The notes under the pieces were generated by a model, which did no database searches, had not been told where the DNA came from, and saw only the letters and a list, made by a program, of their open reading frames with translations. A stretch of 23,772 bases of DNA from a virus. Taxonomy: Duplodnaviria > Heunggongvirae > Uroviricota > Caudoviricetes. The position numbers and the translations under genes were made by a program. Positions 21,093-23,772 of the stretch are shown in pieces. Numbering within the stretch: the first letter of the stretch is position 1; every line of letters begins with the position of its first letter. The DNA lies in IMG/VR virus record IMGVR_UViG_3300016484_000447, positions 1-23,772 of that record; one strand, written 5' to 3'.

Positions 21093-22109
21093 ATGATCGT
21101 TCGTTCGTTCAACAGCGGCTTTGAAGTCCAAGACTGGACCGAAGAAGTCAACGTCATCCCGAACCAGTGGGGCACCATCGGCCAACTGGGCATCTTCCAA
21201 ACGGAAGCCATCGCTGAACACGTCGTTGTGTTCGAGGAAACCATCAAGGATGGCGCCCTGCTGGTGGACCGCGTGCGCGGTGATCGTGGAACGCAAGGCA
21301 AGGACGCCAGCCGCAAGCTGCACACCTTCGCCGTGCCTCACTTCCCGCACGACGACTACATCAGCCCGCAAGACCTGCAAGGCAAGCGTGCCTACGGCTC
21401 GCAAGGCGTCGAAACCCTGGAAGCTGTCCGCGCCCGCAAGCTGGAACGCATCCGCCAGAACCACGCCTGGACCCTGGAGTACGCCCGTGCGCAAGCGATC
21501 ACCGCTGCCACCGTGTACGCTCCGAACGGCACCGTGTCGCAGAACTGGAACACTGAATTCGGCGTGACCCGCCTGTCGGTGGACTTCACGCTGGGCACCT
21601 CGACAACGGAAGTGATCGCCAAGATCGAAGCCGGTCTGGCCCAGATCGCGGACAACGCCTTCGGCGAAACCGTGAGCGGCACCGTCGTCCTGACCTCGCC
21701 GGAATTCTTCGCCAAGCTGATCGCTCACCCCTCGGTGAAGGTCGCCTACCAATACTACCAACAAAGCGGCATGAACCCGCTGCGCGAGCGGCTGGGTGGC
21801 GCGAACGCGCTGCACCGTGAGTTCGAGTTCGGTGGCACCCGCTTCGTGGAAATGCGCGACACCTACGCAGGCAACCGCCTGATCCCGGTGGGCAAGGCGT
21901 ACATGGTTCCGCTGGGCACATCGAACACCTTCAAGACCTACTTCAGCCCCGCCAACCGCTTCGGTCTGGTGAACACCCTGGGCGAACAGGTCTACGTGTT
22001 CGAGAACGCTGACCAGAAGGGCACCAAGATCGAACTCGAAAGCGAGTCGAACTTCGTGAACGCTCTCCTGCGCCCTGCGCTGATCGTGGAATTCACCACA
22101 TCGAACTAA
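21093..22109 (+). CDS. Major capsid protein (lambda gpE-like, 338 aa)
   Basis: Size, position, very strong codon bias, terminator downstream. Confidence 0.9.
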   Translation: MIVRSFNSGFEVQDWTEEVNVIPNQWGTIGQLGIFQTEAIAEHVVVFEETIKDGALLVDRVRGDRGTQGKDASRKLHTFAVPHFPHDDYISPQDLQGKRAYGSQGVETLEAVRARKLERIRQNHAWTLEYARAQAITAATVYAPNGTVSQNWNTEFGVTRLSVDFTLGTSTTEVIAKIEAGLAQIADNAFGETVSGTVVLTSPEFFAKLIAHPSVKVAYQYYQQSGMNPLRERLGGANALHREFEFGGTRFVEMRDTYAGNRLIPVGKAYMVPLGTSNTFKTYFSPANRFGLVNTLGEQVYVFENADQKGTKIELESESNFVNALLRPALIVEFTTSN

Positions 22110-22139
22110 TCGACTGAGCCTTCGGGCTCTTCGGTTGAT
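22109..22139 (+). other. UUCG-capped hairpin directly after the MCP stop (mRNA stabiliser or processing site)
   Basis: ATCGACTGA-GCC-TTCG-GGC-TC-TTCGGTTGAT. Confidence 0.55.
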
Positions 22140-22166
22140 GCCCCTCCCTCCTGGGGAGGGGCTTTT
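22140..22166 (+). terminator. Rho-independent terminator after MCP
   Basis: GCCCCTCCC-TCCTG-GGGAGGGGC plus TTTT. Confidence 0.8.
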
Positions 22167-22183
22167 CTACTGAAAGGGTTCTC

Positions 22184-22606
22184 ATGATCGAGAAGACATT
22201 CACTTTCAACGCTGGTGCGCAGTTCGCCCCCGCAGTGGTCGCAATCGACTCCGCAGGCAACGCAGTCTACGCCCCGTCCTCGACGTACCACGTCACTTCG
22301 GCTGCAAGCAACAACGCTGCTGTGGTCAAGGCGTCCGCAGGTCGCGTCTGGTCGATCACGCTGGCGAACACAGTGGCGTCTGACCGCTGGGTGAAGCTGT
22401 ACAACAAGGCCACCCCGCCCGCCCCTGGCACTGACGTTCCTGTCCGGGCAGTCAAGGTGCCCGCGAGCGGCTCCGTCTCCTTCAACTTCGCAGCGGGTTC
22501 GTACTTCTCCGCTGGCATCGGTGTTGCCATTGTGGCAGGTGCTGCGGATTCCGACAACACGGCTGTTGCAGCCGGTGACGTGATCCTTGACATCGACTAC
22601 GCATAA
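22184..22606 (+). CDS. Putative accessory virion (head decoration/fibre) protein, beta-rich (140 aa)
   Basis: Position after MCP; Ala/Val/Ser/Thr-rich, WVKLYNKAT..GTDVP motif; function inferred. Confidence 0.55.
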   Translation: MIEKTFTFNAGAQFAPAVVAIDSAGNAVYAPSSTYHVTSAASNNAAVVKASAGRVWSITLANTVASDRWVKLYNKATPPAPGTDVPVRAVKVPASGSVSFNFAAGSYFSAGIGVAIVAGAADSDNTAVAAGDVILDIDYA

Positions 22607-22614
22607 GGTGTAGA

Positions 22615-23040
22615 ATGGCACTTGATCCCGCAACCGCTCTCGGCAAGGTGCGTCTGCGGATCGGAGACTGGTCGGACATCCCGATCCTCCCCGATTCCGT
22701 CATCACGGCAACCCTGACTGACTGCAACAACAACGTGCCGCGTGCAGCCTCGCTCTGTGCGCAGTACATCCTGGCAACGCTGACAGCGAAGACTCACAAG
22801 AAGCTGGCCCAGATCGAAACGTGGTCGTCGGAGCAATTCGACAACTACGTCAAGTTCCTCCAGATGACGGTGCTGAATCCCCACCTCGCTGCTGTGGCAC
22901 CTGTGCCATACGTCGGTGAACGGGATCAAGACCATCCGCTCCAGACCTTCATGGAAGACTGGGCTGCTGGCTACACCCCTGGGGCTGTTGTGCTTCCGCT
23001 GCAACGAACTCCAACGGTGATCCTCTATGACCCTTCCTGA
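22615..23040 (+). CDS. Head-tail adaptor/head completion protein (141 aa)
   Basis: VRLRIGD motif and helical pattern; canonical position. Confidence 0.7.
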   Translation: MALDPATALGKVRLRIGDWSDIPILPDSVITATLTDCNNNVPRAASLCAQYILATLTAKTHKKLAQIETWSSEQFDNYVKFLQMTVLNPHLAAVAPVPYVGERDQDHPLQTFMEDWAAGYTPGAVVLPLQRTPTVILYDPS

Positions 23041-23416
23041 CTTTGATGCAGCAGCCCTTGAGCTTGTGTCGGAGATGGGGACGACGGGGACGTACATCTC
23101 CGTCTCGAAGGGCAGCTACGATCCCGAGACTGGGACTGTCGTTCCTGCATCGACTCCGCAGACTGTCAAGCTTGCGGTTCTCGACCTGACGCTCCAAAGC
23201 AACGGACTGAGCCTGAAGTATGGCACAGAAGTCTTGGCGGGAGACAAGGAAGTCTACATGATCCCTCCGCAGAAGACGGGTGGTGCTGCGATTTCCGTCA
23301 ACCCCGGGGCTGACAAGGTGGTCGTCGGTGGCGTCACGTACACGGTCGTCACCTTCAAAGAGGTGAACCCGACGATGACCGATCCGGTGGTCTTTTTCCT
23401 GTACGTCCGTCGATAA
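23027..23416 (+). CDS. Head closure/neck protein (129 aa)
   Basis: G.YDP.TG motif, beta-rich, canonical position. Confidence 0.65.
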   Translation: MTLPDFDAAALELVSEMGTTGTYISVSKGSYDPETGTVVPASTPQTVKLAVLDLTLQSNGLSLKYGTEVLAGDKEVYMIPPQKTGGAAISVNPGADKVVVGGVTYTVVTFKEVNPTMTDPVVFFLYVRR

Positions 23417-23420
23417 CCTC

Positions 23421-23449
23421 TTGACAAGCTGGCTGCGACGTGGTACAAT
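23421..23449 (+). promoter_or_regulatory. Promoter for neck/tail genes
   Basis: TTGACA-N17-TACAAT, GTGG before -10. Confidence 0.8.
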
Positions 23450-23465
23450 CCTGAAAGGATAGAAC

Positions 23466-23771
23466 ATGGGTTTCGCAAACTCTTTGCGACTCAACTCCCG
23501 CCGCCTCATGGCCCGGGTAAATTCTAAGTGCTACGCCATCGCCAGGGAGCTTTTCACGAAGGTCGTTGACCTGACGCCAAGCCCGTCGCACCCAGGCCCG
23601 TATGCTGAAGGCTATCTGGTCAACCAGTGGTATCCAGCAGAGGGTCGGAACTTCTCTTCAGAGCTAGGCCCCGAGTATGACACGGGCGGGGACGGTTACG
23701 CAAGCCGGGCGCGCATCGACAAACTTGACGGTTACGCCTTCAATGGCAGGGACGGCGCTGTGACGTTGGCG
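23466..23771 (+). CDS. Neck/tail completion protein (HK97 gp10-like), partial, runs off the window
   Basis: AAGGA SD, open to window end (MGFANSLRLNSRRLMARVNSKCYAIARELFTKVVDLTP...G.L.NQW); position. Confidence 0.6.
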   Translation, partial: MGFANSLRLNSRRLMARVNSKCYAIARELFTKVVDLTPSPSHPGPYAEGYLVNQWYPAEGRNFSSELGPEYDTGGDGYASRARIDKLDGYAFNGRDGAVTLA

Positions 23772-23772
23772 A

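Noticed and set aside
19290-21815. 841-aa minus-strand ORF opposite the head genes
   Set aside because: In-register antisense shadow of highly biased genes (protease, decoration, MCP); no SD, no motif, low-complexity translation
16171-22109. Introns/inteins or homing endonucleases in terL, portal or MCP
   Set aside because: Proteins are of normal length and continuous; no intein or endonuclease motifs seen
1-23772. CRISPR array, IS element, integrase, tmRNA or rRNA
   Set aside because: No regularly spaced direct repeats, transposase/integrase motifs or tmRNA/rRNA signatures found by eye

Overview
Segment of a lytic tailed dsDNA phage genome, roughly 60% GC by eye, with a layout reminiscent of PAK_P1/rV5/FelixO1-type phages (inference from gene order). 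Left arm (1-12.9 kb, minus strand): tightly coupled small accessory genes plus a PRPP-dependent phosphoribosyltransferase, a macro-domain protein, DUF4031, two different RNA ligases (RtcB and a DRB0094/Rnl-type ligase), an Rmf-like protein, a vWA protein, a PagP-like outer-membrane beta-barrel, a ClpP-like protease and PhoH. A palindrome-rich divergent promoter region lies at about 12.95-13.27 kb. Right arm (plus strand): a probable small terminase, then a ~2.4 kb RNA operon. It holds 12 tRNAs (several non-canonical), one D-arm-less tRNA(Tyr)-like RNA, and at least five non-coding spacers of 90-330 nt that fold into closed, multi-helix, partly pseudoknotted structures. Then come terL, portal, S49 prohead protease, scaffold, decoration protein, major capsid protein and head-completion/neck genes. 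The most interesting signal is the set of unannotated structured RNAs interleaved with the tRNAs, plus a stand-alone ~178-nt promoter-to-terminator sRNA at 1.93-2.10 kb, in a genome that also carries a dual RNA-repair kit. All RNA folds were derived by hand from complementarity; no database searches were run.
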